64,000 nucleotides of DNA, from contig MU057887.1 in assembly GCA_013265495.1 (NCBI GenBank), positions 1,127,985-1,191,984 of the forward strand. The letters run 5' to 3'. Of this stretch, positions 33,883 to 46,392 are shown one piece after another. Position numbers and translations under genes: made by a program. How positions within the stretch are numbered: the stretch's first letter is position 1; each line of letters opens with the position of its first letter. Source of the stretch: Vicugna vicugna. Its lineage: Eukaryota. The notes beneath the pieces were generated by a model, which saw nothing but the letters and a program-made list of their open reading frames with translations, was not told where the DNA came from and searched no databases.

Positions 33883-36800
33883 ATTGCCTGCGTATTGAAA
33901 TGCAAATTTACAGTGAAGCAATATGGCTTGCAAAATGCAGGATTGCAGGATCAAGTGACATCAAATTTTGATGATCTGAAATCAAGTTTACTAATATCCC
34001 GTATATGTTAAATGGGATTTTTTTTTTTAACCCAAAGAGTCTCTAGAAGCGTTTTCAGGCAGCGTTCCCTGCTGGACAAGCTGACATCTATTAGGCTGCC
34101 AGTAGAAAGAATATATTCCCCTCTGTGTAGGATTATGAATAAATTTGATACAGTCTAGCCTGTAATTTCTTTTTGGCTCATTCCACGGGACAGCTTGATA
34201 CGTGGGTTAGTGTCGTTTATTCACTGTCCACTCACTTTCTATTTCTGTTTGTCTAACTGTGTGCTAGGGATGGGAGTCTCATGAATGACGTGTAAAAGGA
34301 ACATTGTTCAGAGAAATATGAAATTTGGCTTCAATACAGAAGCATCTCTCGGTGTGTGGAAGTTGTTTACAAAACCAGCAGGCAGATGCCCTGACGGCAT
34401 CCTTGGGTTCTAGGATTTGTGGGGAGGGCACTTTGCTTGAGTGTCACAATCATTATTTCTTCCCACTTTGCAACACGTTGCAGACTGCGTCCCCTGGCCA
34501 AGGCGAGGGGACCTCTGCCCCATCTCTGCAGAGTCCTCCTGATGGTCCACAGCAAGCAATCCAGAGTGCGTGGAAGTTCAGAAAATGACTTTCTTTCCCT
34601 CTTTTCCTTAAAGAAACCCACTTGCTGAGAGCATTTTCCAGAAAGAAAGACATGCTTTTACCATAGCTCTCAAGTCATAGAAATAAACCCAGCCCGTGGC
34701 ATTCAGTGAGGAGTCCTGAAAGAGATGCATGGTTAAAAGGAAGAAAACAAAGTTCAGTCGTGCAGACATGCTGATGGCGAGAGTTTGACCTAAGAAGACG
34801 GCTTTGAAAAATAAGAGGCGTGAAGAGAAAGGTGAAGGATGGAATATTTAGAGGCATGCATGGGTGGCTGCTGTTCCTTGAGCGAAAAGACCAGCACAGA
34901 CAGGGTTAAAAGAATGTGAGTGACAAGTGATGACTGCAGAATGTAGGGGTGGAAATGTTGGTGCCTGGCCAGAGTAAGAAGGTTCTGGCCCCAGGGGAGG
35001 AGGTAAGACGGGGGCGCCTGCACTCGCTCAGGTGGGGAGACGGAGGACCCATCCCTAGCAGTGGCTAGAGGAGGACTGCCTGCCCTCCGCTGGAGCAGCC
35101 TGAAAACCAAAGATTGTAACCGCCAGGGAGTCCAGACCCGGCGCTGGTGTGATGAACTGAAAGAGGAAAGTTACGCTCCTGGCCGAGGGTGACAGCAGCT
35201 GGTGACGGAGGGAGGTTTACGTGGGAAGCTTTCAATGAAGAGCTGTGGTCATTCTTTCCAAGTCCCGGCTTTGTGCATGAATGTCGTGTAAAGACTAGCA
35301 GCATATCAATATAAGAAGAGAAAACGGGGTATTTTCTTTCACTCCAGAAACCAAAAATTATTGACTTTTTCCCTGCTGCATTCTCTTTACTTAGGTGAAT
35401 CTGACAAAGTCAGCTTTTAGTGTCTAGGTCAGAAGTCTAAGTGAAAGTGAATATTTAACCACACTCAAGGACGGCAGATAATCTTTAATACTAACAGAGG
35501 CACAAGACGTAAGAGAAAGAAGAATCTAGAAGGGGAAAAAAAAAGCCAAAGAAGCAGATACAGCTGTGGCTGGGTCACGGACTGATACAAGAGCTCAAAA
35601 CCTAGGAGGCACTCGGTGAATTCAGATGTGGGCTTTCTTTGTAGAGTAAATCGTCTTCTAGAAGGTGTTTCGGGAGGATTTGTGTCAGATCTGCTGTGGT
35701 CTCTTTGAAATGAAAACTCTGAGAGACAAGAGTAGCAATGAAAACTTAGAACTCTTTGCAATTAAAAGCAGTGACCTGAAAGAGACCAAAAGATGCGATT
35801 CCAACGTCAGGTATTAAAATCTCATCCATCCAGCTGCTGTCTTCGTATCTGTACGTGTGACGTTAAACTGCTGGAGGACTGGGAAGACGGAAGTTCTCTT
35901 TCTGGCCGTGTGTGTCCCTTCCTCGGAGCCCTCCTGGCTCGCCCCTCCCTGTGCCAGCATTTCATCTCCACAGTTGTCTGGATCCAGCCAGCCTTGTCCC
36001 TACCTGGAGGACCCTGCATTTTTTCGTTGCTGTCGTGACCTTGGGTCCCACATCCACCAGCCTTCCTGACATCACCCTGACTCCCGGAGACTCAGACTCA
36101 GAGTGTCCGGTTCTGAGACCCCACCGAGTTTTCCCTCCCCAACCCCGGTCTTCCTCGCCATCCAATAAGCGGCCTTCCTGCCCCCTCTTCCCACTGGGGC
36201 AGTGGAGGCTGGACAAGTGCAGGGTCTTGACTGACTGCTCAGGCAGACTGCTCATCCGGCCCGCACCTCAGTCTTCCTGTCTACAAATGGGGCCAATACT
36301 CGTGCTGTGTGGCACAACCTGCGTGGCTGTGCCTGGCACGTAGTGAGAACGCTTTAGCTGTTTCCTTGCTTGTTACTAACTCTCCGGCCTCAGCGGGGAC
36401 TCATGTGTCCTCATTTATCAGCTCCTGTGGTGACTGGGAGGGCAGGGGCCTGACTCTTAGGGGCCAGCATTCTTCCCTCGTGACCAGATCCTCTGCCGCA
36501 CCTGGGTCCCTCCCTCACCCTGCCTCGTCTCCACCTCGCCCCCTTACCTCTACCCTCTACCCTTGAGATCTCAGCTGAAGATTACTTTCTCAAGGAAACG
36601 CCTCCGGACTGCCTGCCCCAGTCGGGTCTCTGCTACAAGCACTTACAGTGCCCGGTGCTTTTCCCACGAGCGTGCCCATTACCTGTTCATTTGCGTGGTG
36701 TCTTGAGGAAGTGACTCTCTCCATCCTGCCCCCCTGGGGGGCCGGAAACCACAGCTGCCTCCCTTTGCAGCGCCCTGGATGTGCTACCGGCAGGAGTTGC

Positions 36801-38077
36801 AGGACCTGCTCTGTGAACATGCAGCTCCGGTCAGGCTACCCTCCATTTGAGATTCCTTCAGGGCTTAATCAAATGCCACCTCCTTCAGGAAGCCGTCCTT
36901 GATTTCCCCCCAAATGAGAGGAGGGAATTTTGTCACTCCCCTGTAGCAATTTGAATCTCTCTGATTTGAGATATTTTGCCTTCACCCCAGGAGCTGTTTA
37001 TTGAGCACATCGGTCGTTTATTCCCGAAATTGTTCATGTGTTTGACAAACCTTTAGTGAGCACCTGCTACATGCCAGGCAGTGTTCTAAGTACTGGGGAC
37101 AGCAGTGACAGGCAGCAGGTTCCATCCAGGGAGGCAGCGGCATTTTCACAGCCTGCCACCAGAAAGCGTTGCATTACATGACGGGACTCCTAGGCTCAGA
37201 GGGGAGGCAGCTACCAAAGCGGTGTGGCGCGTGGTGGTCAGAGCCAGTGTAGACGGTCGGATAGCTGAGGCTGCTCCCCCCCGACCAGCACGGCGTCCAG
37301 TGGGGCAGCGGCATTTTCACAGCAGAAGCCTGTGTGGCTCAATAAACATTTGTCTTTAAAATTCAGAATTTCCTTTCACTAAAGGAACTAAGTTGGGAGA
37401 AAGGAAAAGAGTGAATAAAAATTATCCAAGCAGGTGTAGTTCTCCTGATGCGTATCTTACTATTCCGCTTACCGTGAAGTGCTCGAGGGAAAGCCTTCTG
37501 GCCCACTTGGGTCAGCAGGGTTTAAGTCTGAGATGAACACTCTCATCTCGCATTGGATGACCTGTTTCCAGGAAACCCCGCACGTTTGGCTGTGGTGTCT
37601 GCCTTCTCTTTGTCGCCAAGAGTTCAGCGTTAAAAGCAGATGAGCCTTCGGACCAGGGAGTCTGTCTGAATCATATGAGTGTGGTAATCGCTCCCTGAAA
37701 GGAACAGGGACAAGGACTTGCAGGGACATGAGCTGGGTCATGTGTGCCATTAGTGTGACATCATTTGGTTTCATAGAAGTGAGTGAGGCAAATTAAATTC
37801 TTCCCTAGACGAACGAAGCCCCTTTCCTAGGCTGATGGACAGAGAGTGAAGTGTGTCTTCCAGGGCTGCAGGCGGCTTTGTGGCTGGGGTGATGGGGAGA
37901 GAGGCAGCTGTGTCCTGCCGGGGAAGTTATCAGCCCAGTTACGTCGGTGGGAGCAGGGCCGGCTCCTGGAGGTACCAGCTTCCAACAGCAGACTCGCGCA
38001 GGTGGTGGAGATGGGTTTGCGGTTTTTTAAAGCCGAGTTCACTGAGGTGTAATTGACTCACAGTAAAATTCACCCTT

Positions 38078-38370
38078 GTTTTTAATTGACGTGTCGTCGA
38101 TCTACAGCCTCGTGTTAGTTTCCGGCGGAGAGCACAGCGATTCAGTTATCGTGTATGTACTCTTCTCCTTCATAGGCGTTTCTCGGCGTTCTGTCCCGTT
38201 GCCGGGTAGTCAGTTTACAACGATGCGTCCGTTTCTTATAGGCTATTGAATGTAGCTCCCTGTGCTCTGCAGTAGGACCTTGTTTTATATTCAGTAGTTT
38301 GTATCTGTTAATCCCAGCCTCCTAATTTATCCCTCCCCAGTCTTTCCCCCCAAATTCGTCTTTTTTGGAT
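38078..38370 (-). mobile_element. Artiodactyl-type L1 3' UTR fragment (CpG-enriched)
   Basis: Reverse complement of the L1 tail seen at 39775 and 62150 (GATTCAGTTA...TAGCTCCCTGTGC...TAATTTATCCCTCCCC). Confidence 0.75.
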
Positions 38371-38389
38371 GGACAACTCTGTGCATTTT

Positions 38390-39068
38390 GAAAATCATCA
38401 TGGCCTGTTTTCTTGCTGGATGTCAGTCAGAGGTGCCCACATCCCTTCCCTCGTGGCCCCTGGGTTGTCAAAACCTGCCACGTGGGTTGCATCCACCTCC
38501 TGCTCTAAGTCTCTCTGACCCCCGCGCCCGCTTCTGCCTTGTTGCAGCCAGGGGAGGTTCTCTGCTGTTCAGGGCTCAAGTGATCGGGTTGGGCCCACCT
38601 GGAAAATCCAGGCCACTCTCCCCTCTCAGGGTCTGCACTGGCGTCAGTCTCCCGTGGCCGCCATAACAGGGCGCCACAACACGGGGGGCTTCAACAACAG
38701 AAATTTTTTTCTTGCAGTCTTGCTTGGAGGCCTGCAGTCTGAAATCAAGGTGTCGGCAGGGCTGTGCTCCCTCTGAGGCCCCTTCCTTGCCCCCTCTTAA
38801 CTTCTGCTGGTGCACGTCCACCCTTGGCGTGCCTTGGCTTGTGGGAGCACCCCTCCAGCCTCCGCCTGTCCTCATGTGGCGTTCTCACTCTGGGTGTCTC
38901 TGTGTCCAAATCTCCACTTTTTATGAGGACGCCATTCCTATTGGATTAAGGGCCACCACTCTGGTGTAACCGCATCATAACTGCATCTGCAGAGACCCCG
39001 TTTCAAATAAGGTCACATTCTGAAGTGCTGGAGGTGTTAGGATGTGGGGGACACAAACGAACCCATGA
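38390..39068 (-). mobile_element. MLT1 LTR fragments (main copy ~38640-39068)
   Basis: GGCCGCCATAACA...CAACAGAAATTT...GTCTGAAATCAAGGTGTCGGCAGGGC...ATTGGATTAAGGGCC...AAATAAGGTCACATTCTGA. Confidence 0.85.
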
Positions 39069-39774
39069 TGGTACCCTTAGGGACATCTTTGCGGCCACTC
39101 CTTGGCATCACTCTGTGGGCATGCCCTCCTGGAACTCACAATCAGCGAACACTGTTCAAGGAGGGGTGGAGCACTGAGACCGCTAAACGTGTCCTGTTCA
39201 CGCTCGAAGGTGGGTGACATGCCCAGTGTCCAGCTCTGTCGATTAAGGGCAAATCTGTAATATCAAAGCTAAAGAGCCGTGACCAGAGTTGCCCAGTGCA
39301 TTAGGCAGCTTAGGTAGGGTTGGTTGTGTGGACCTTACATGGTGGGAGGGCGGTGGGAGGACTGGGGAGTGACAGTTATGAATCACAGCACTGCAGGTGC
39401 AGAGCCCGGTGGCCCCGTCCTTTCCCTCCATCAGGCTGGTGCCAAGGGGAGAACACAGATGTTGGGAGGGGCTGGGGTGCCAGGAGGTGGTGGGGCCCCA
39501 TCAGACCCCCCCCAGCTCCGTGCCTCTGTTACAGGAAGGAAGGACACATAAGTTTGCTCACTCCCCCTGGGGGGAGGCCCTCTCGGACCCCCTGATTTAT
39601 AGTGGCTGCCGCTCTCCCACTCAGTCTCCATAGCACATGGTGTAAGTTTCATTGATTCGTTTCTCACCGATCTCCCCTAGAATGGCAGCTCCTGGAGGAC
39701 AGGGGTGTGTGTCTGCTTTCTTCACGGCTGTGCCTAGACTGGCTCCACCAGGGCCTATCACAGGAGGCACCCAG

Positions 39775-39997
39775 AGATTTGCAGATGCTAACTATTATAT
39801 ATAAAATAGATAAACAACAAGTTACTTCTGTGTAGCACGGGGAACTATATTCAGTATCTTGTAATAACCTATCATGAAAAGGTATATGAGAACCAATAGA
39901 TGTGTGTCTGTGTATGCTGTGTGACTGAGACATGATGCTGTGCACCGGAAACTGACGCAACATTGAAAACCAACTATACTTCAGTTAAAAAAATAAA
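39775..39997 (+). mobile_element. Artiodactyl-type L1 3' UTR, 5'-truncated
   Basis: TATATAAAATAGATAAACAACAAG...TAGCACGGGGAACTATATTCAGTATCTTGTAATAACC...AACTATACTTCAG followed by an A tail. Confidence 0.88.
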
Positions 39998-40829
39998 TCT
40001 GTTGAGTGAACAAAGATTTCCGCTCTGCTTAACAATCTATGCCCTCCTGCTTGCTGAAAAGATGATGGTTTTTCTCTTTTCAAATATTTTTTAGCATCTG
40101 ATTAGCAGGTTGTTGTTATTTCAGTAATACTGCCTGAATATGAGGAAAACCTTAAGGAAATATCACTTTTCCATATTCCGGTCTACGGACTTTATTGAAG
40201 AGCACAGAAATACTTCTTTGTAGTTCTGGAGGTGAAAAATAAAGAGAAGAACAGCCATTTCAAACTGTGGAGCTGATAAATAGTCAGTGGTTTAAAAATG
40301 TTAAGATGGGGGCCCCATTTCTGACAGTGGCTTCGCAGTTTGGAAGTCAGCTCAAAAAGGTGGACAGAATCTTTAAATGTGTGTCAAGGCTTTGGCGAGC
40401 TCATGAGGTGGTGAACAGTTGCCAGGCTGAGATCTGGAGAAGATGGAAACTTGACGTTTGTGTTCATTTTGTCACTGGGGGAGGGCAGTTTATGGAAGAT
40501 GGAGTCAAGGACCCAAGTAGCCCTTCTGTGGGGCTGAGTCAAAAATTGGGATAGAAAGCCTCCAAGAAGGCAAGACCCTGGTAAATATCCCAAACTTTTG
40601 AGTTGGGGCCCCCAAGAGCTGCCCCCGAGGAATCCAGGTGGCCTAGAAGTCAGTCAGCTGCTCAAGGCCTGAAGGCCTGTTTGAACTAATCTCAATTCTT
40701 GAGGTTGGATTAAGGTGATTCCACGTTGCTAGGACCTCGGATGCCTGGCAGAAGCCAGCAGTATCCTCTGCAGGGGAACAGAGCATCACCCTCAGCCTCT
40801 GTTTCTATGAACGATTTTTCAAATGCAGA

Positions 40830-41876
40830 CAGTCCCCACCTTGCACAGTTCCATTATGCACAGACTTCATTTCCATGCCTTATTAAATGACACTGGTCTC
40901 CCTACACCAGGGCTTATGTGTTAGTTCCAGGGATAAGAACTGAGTAGCTGCATAAGACAGTCTGCACTGTCAGCTCCCCAGTCTGCAAATCACAGCACAG
41001 ATAACAGAGGCGCCTACGGGCCAAGCCCCTCCCTACTGTCAGAGTCTGCCTGTGATTGGTCCCTGTGCATCTGTCAGTCAGATCACACAGACAGCAAAGT
41101 GTGTGGTCATGTTGCCTCCTTGTCTCCCTGTGAAAACCCATGTGACACTTCCTAAAAATGGATGAGTGACAGAGGACATGGCCAACAGAGATGAAAGTGC
41201 AGCAAATAAGTGAAAAATGATAACGCGTGAAGTAACATTAGAATCGGACAGAAGTGGAGTTCTAGAAGACGTTGCTGACCGTGGGGATGTGGACACTCCT
41301 GCCATTCGAGAGACTCTAGAAAGGTGGCCGGGGGACTTAGTGAAAGTGAGTTGTCACCATCCTTGAGGGAAATGGTTGTGATGAAGAAATTGAAGATGCC
41401 ACACAGGAAGTCATCCCAGCTCCCCCCCCCCCAATTCACGTTAAAAGAGCTCTCTAAGATATGTTGTGACATTGAAAGTGCAAAGGAGAAAAATGTTGGA
41501 AGCCAGTCCAAACTTAGAAAAGAGTATGACGATTTAGTAAGGCAAAGGATAGAAGTTCGCTCCAAACTGTTGTCATGCAGTAGGAAGGCAGCAAGCATGG
41601 TTCAAACTACTCTGGATGAGTTTTTAAAAGGAAGTAAAACATTTTAAGTCTCAGTGTTCCTCACGTTTTAAATTACAATGTAGCAAATAAATACTAGCTT
41701 ACTATATATTTTAATTTCTCTGTGCATTTTCAACTAATAATAAGAGATGTTTTCATGTTCTGACAAAAGCTTTAAAGGTCATAGAGTAATTTTTCATTGA
41801 TTGTAAAATCACTTTGTATAATTTCTGCTTGCATGATGCTTTTTATGGTCTTGCATTGCCATGCAAACCAAGACTG
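40830..41876 (+). mobile_element. Old Tigger DNA transposon (Tigger13-like) inserted in an L1
   Basis: Imperfect terminal inverted repeats (CAGTCCCCACCTTGCAC...ATGCAAACCAAGACTG). The remnant transposase tail FTLKELSKICCDIESAKEK...QTTLDEFL appears in the ORF track at 41324-41647. Confidence 0.7.
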
Positions 41877-43013
41877 TTTGTACAGTAATGACACACAACA
41901 AAACCAACCATGCACATGAGAGGACCTTATGAACCAGCAGAAATGATAAATGGTAGAAACAAGCCCACATGACTCTAAATATCAGAATTAAAAACACATA
42001 AGCTTGCTTACTATAGTCACAAAGATGAACAGTAAGATTGGGAATTTTGGTAGAACACTAGAAATTATCTTCTTTACAAAGGACATTGATTTGAAAAATA
42101 CCAAGTAGCTATTATAAAACTGAAAAATACAAAAACTGAAATGATGTACTCAGTAGAAAGCTGTAACAGCACAGTAGTCACAACTGATGTGAGAACTAGT
42201 GAATTACAAGGTAGATCAGAAAATGATACCTAAAACGAAGCCTTTCCAAAGAGACAAAAGGATGGAACACAGATACAGGGAATATGGTGAAGAATTCTAC
42301 CACATGTGATTGACATCCTAGGAAGACAAGAAAGAGAAATGGGACAGAAGCAATATTTGAAGAGACAGTGAGTGGCTGGAGTTTTTCTAATGCTGCTGAA
42401 AGACATTAAGTCACAGATTCCAGAATCCTATAGAACCATAAGCAGAATTAAAACAAAAATCCATACATAAACACACTATAGTAAACCTGCTGAAAAACAA
42501 AAACAAAAAGAAAATTTAAAAAGAAGCTAGAGAACACTAGAAATTATCTAGACTAGAGCAACGAGTCAGAGATAAATTCTCAACCAAAACAACGGAAGCT
42601 GGAAGACAGTGGGAAGACATCTTCCGTGTGCTCACAGTTGGGTTTATTCCAGGAATAGAAGATTAATTTAACATTTAAAAAGTAATCAAGCATCAACAAT
42701 TATGAAATGCTCCTGGATAAAATGCACAACACCTGGACTGTGAAACCTGCGAGACATTGGAAGACTCAAATCAATGACAAGTTACGGCATGCCCTTGAGT
42801 CATGAGACTCAGCATTGTTAAGATGGCCGTTCTTCCCAAACTGATCTACAGATTCAAAGTGATCAGCATCGAACGTCAGCATACGTATTTGTAGCATTTG
42901 ACAAAGTGATTCTAAAACTGTGTGCAAGTGCAAAGGACCTCAAGTGGCTAAAACGACTTTGAAGAAGAGGGACACAGATGGACGACTACCTGAACTCAAG
43001 AATTATTACAGAG

Positions 43014-43152
43014 GAGCGGAGGGTAGAGCTCAGTGGTAGAACACATGCTTAGCATGCATGAGGTCATGGGTTCGATCCCCAGTACCTCCGTTAAATTAAA
43101 TAAATAAATAAATAAATAAATAAACCTAATTACCTCCCCCCCCCAAAAAGCA
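43014..43152 (+). mobile_element. vic-1-type SINE with a perfect 16-bp TSD
   Basis: tRNA-Ala-like head and (TAAA)n body. TSD AAGAATTATTACAGAG at 42998-43013 and 43153-43168. Confidence 0.95.
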
Positions 43153-43613
43153 AAGAATTATTACAGAGCCGCAGTGATCAAGACAATATAGTATTGATAT
43201 GAAAATAGACGAGTAGATGAACGGCACAAGACAGCGAGCGCACCCAACTATGGTGAATTGATTTTGGACCAAGTGACAGGTCATTTCAGTGGGACTAGAT
43301 AATTTTTCCCAACAAATTGTGTTGGAACAATTGGATAGCCACGTGCAGAAGAAGAGATCTCAGCCCTCGTCTCACACGGTGTTAAACCACGAGACAAGGA
43401 CGGAGAACGTGGAGTGGGTCATAGACCGGGTTGTAAGAGGTAAACCTGTAAAACTCCCGGAATAAGCGTAGCATAAATCTTAGTGATCTGAGGTTTGGCA
43501 AAGATTTCGTATAGATGGTTCAAAACCCATGAACTACAGAAGAACAGTTTAATGTATTAGACTTCATCAAAATTCTAAACGTTTACTCATCAAAAGACGT
43601 TTAAGAAAATTAA

Positions 43614-43740
43614 GGAGGGAGGCTATAGCTCAGTGATAAGAGTGCGTGCTTAGCGTGCACGAGGTCCTGGGTTCAATCCCCTGTCCCTCCATTAAAATTT
43701 AAATAAACGACCGAATTACCTTCCCTCCCCACCAAAAAAC
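43614..43740 (+). mobile_element. vic-1-type SINE
   Basis: GGAGGGAGGCTATAGCTCAGTG...GTGCTTAGCGTGCACGAGGTCCTGGGTTCAATCCC. Confidence 0.92.
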
Positions 43741-45944
43741 AGGAAAATCAAAGGCAAGTCACAGACTTGGACAAAAAAGTTTGCAAGACGTTTATCTGAC
43801 AAAGGACTTGCATCTGGAATATATAAAGAACTCTCATAATTCAGTAAAAAAGTGACAAACAATCCAATCAAGAGTTAAAGCAAAAATGGGCAAACGATTT
43901 GAACAAATTCTTCAACAAAAGGTACAGGATGGCAAGCAAGCATGTGGAAAGATGTTGAACATCATTAGTCATTAGGAAAACGCAAATTAACACTAGTGGG
44001 TATCGCTGTTAGCGGCAGAGGGATAGTAAATAGCCGCTGGCGTGGCCAAATGGAGAAGACCGACCACGTGTCCGGCCGGGGGTGTGAGCGGCCGGAAGCC
44101 TCCAGCACTGGCGATGGGGTGGGTGTGAAGTGGTGCAGACACTTGGAGAACCATTTTGGTGAGTGATATCACTGATGTTCTTACCGAAAGTGTCATATGT
44201 GCCAAACAAGGGACACTGACATCTGCCACCAGGGTCATGTGGGCATCTCGACTGTCCAGCCGAACCGTCAGTGTGGACTCTCAGCGCTGGCTGCAGACAG
44301 TCTAAGTGGCCAGGAAGCCCCTAAATGCACCCCCTCCCCGGATGGCTTTTCCTTAAACAGATTGTTCCTGTTTCCTTAGCATTCTTGTCACTTGAAGTTG
44401 CAGGAATTCTTGTTTCTTCAGAAAAGCATTTGTTCCACACCTGCCCTTCACACTCTGAGCCCTGGTGGTGTCCTCTGCGCAGACTCCTTTCATTGGTTTG
44501 TTACTTAAAATGATATGAGGTGTTTTTGTTTTTTTGTGTGTAAGAGAGCATTCAGAATGTAGCACTGATGTTAGATTGACTGAGTCTGTATTTATGAACA
44601 GCTGCCGTGTGCGGGGAGGACAGTGGCGGATGTGACTCCTGCCTTAAGGAGTCACAGATCAGTGGGTCAGAAAAGGCTCCAGTCAGCACCTGGGATGTGA
44701 GCTGCGCGGATGCAGAGGCGGGCAGGGGTCATTCCGCCCGGGTGAATCCGGGAAGCCTCTGGGGAGCAGTCGGTATTTGAGCTTCCTTGACCATGTGCAG
44801 GAACGGGAGGTGTTTCAGGCGAAGGAATAGACTAAAGTATGGAGGCTGGAAAGCGCGAGGGGAGCCTGGCAGGCGCTGAGCAGTTTATTTTGGCCAGAAC
44901 ACAGGGTTTGCGGAGGAAACGGAAGAGAAGATGGATTCACTCAGGATAAAACTTCATCAGATCTTATGAAGCTCCTTCTCGGATGCCAGGCACCATTCTT
45001 AAGCATTTGGGGGTACGTAAGTGAGCAGACTGCACAAAATCCTTTATCTTGTAGGACTGGCTCCCTGGCAGGGAGAGACACATGAGCAGCCTAGTGGCCG
45101 GTAGGTGCGTGGCCTGGTGTGTTCGATGCTGAGCGCAGGGGTGGGGTGTGCGTCCAGGGAGGGCGAGGACACTGCGGGGACAGCCTCGCTGAGAAAGGGA
45201 CCTCTGGGGAAGGACTGGCAGGGGAGAGCTGAGCAGACGCCAGGAGGGGAGCGTCCCGGCCGCGCGGGCAGCTGGGGCCAGGCTCGTGGGAGGAGCACGA
45301 GGAAGTGTGACTGGAGGAGTGTCCCGGACAGGAGGAGGATGTGAGGGCCCCAAGGGGAGGTGGCAGAGGGTCACTGGGAAGGGCCTGGGGGCCACTGTGA
45401 GGGCTCTGGCTGTACTCCCTGGGAACGCAGGAGGAGGAGGGTCCTGAGCAGGGGCATGGTACACTTCGATTTAGCTGCCCCAGGCCCCCTCTGGCTGTCT
45501 TCAGGGGCCAGGGACAGAAGTTGCGGGCCAGCTGGGAGGCTCCCGGGACTCACCAAGGGCCTGGCGGTGTGTGGCTTGGGCAGCGAAGTGGCGTGGTGGG
45601 AGAACGTGCACGGGGCAGGGAAAATGACCTCTGCGTGGCCGCGTGTCCTTGGAGGATGCTTGTCCTTGGTCTGTTTCCTTACCTGCAAATCCAGGTATTT
45701 GGAACCGATGCTCCCCAGAGGGATTCCCTAAAGCAGGGGTGGTGGGATCAGGGCTGTACTTCAGGACTTATTGGCAACTCGGAGAGGGGAGTTGGCAGGC
45801 GAGGGGGCTGCTGCAGGAGACCGGGCTGGAGGGAGTGATGCCGTGGGCCGGGCAAACACAGGATGGGTGCGAATAATTAAGAAGAAAACAATCTTTCAAA
45901 ATAAACAACAAACAAACAAACCAGACTGTCCAGAGGACCCTACG

Positions 45945-46140
45945 CTGTAACTCTGTGCGTGCGCAAAAGACCAAGGTCACATTAGGGCGTGTTGGGTATA
46001 AAGCGCGCTGACAGCTGTTCCTGGCCTCAGATGTGCCCTCTTGCTGGCAGGGTGACCGCGCAGAGCCCTCTGCACGTCAAGCATTGGTGCTTTGACGGGT
46101 CGCTCGGCCTCCTCCCCGCCTGAAGCTGGCCCAGTACAGG
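45945..46140 (+). promoter_or_regulatory. Candidate intronic enhancer or alternative promoter
   Basis: Non-repeat CpG-containing patch with NRF1-like TGTGCGTGCGCA, CCAAGGTCA (45971-45979), TATAAAG (~45997) and GC box CCCCGCC. Confidence 0.4.
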
Positions 46141-46392
46141 CGCTAATCAGTTACAGAAACACCAGTGTCTCCTTCAAATCCCCTGCACTGGGTCTTGTGC
46201 ATAAACCCTTATTAGGTTTCCTGTTTCTCTTATTTTTATGCAGAGCTTGACTTTATAGCAGAAAATTCAGTTTTTTTCCCCTAAACAGATTGCTTCTGTT
46301 CCCTTAGTATCCTTGTCACTTTAAGTTGCATTCATCCTTGTTGCTTTAGAAAAGCAATTGTTCTGCAACTGGCTGTTAAAGAAGGTATTTGT

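Larger units (their letters stand above)
41880..44460 (+). mobile_element. Degraded old L1 (L1M) ORF1/ORF2/3' fragments
   Basis: ORF1-like GGGACAGAAGCAATATTTGAAGAGA, ORF2-like CTCAGCATTGTTAAGATGGCCGTTCTTCCCAAACTGATCTACAGATTC, and 3' CATCATTAGTCATTAGGAAAACGCAAATTAA. Confidence 0.85.

Noticed and set aside
41324..41647. 107-aa ORF resembling a TIGD protein C-terminus
   Set aside because: It is a remnant within a decayed Tigger element, with no DNA-binding or DDE domain and no intact gene.
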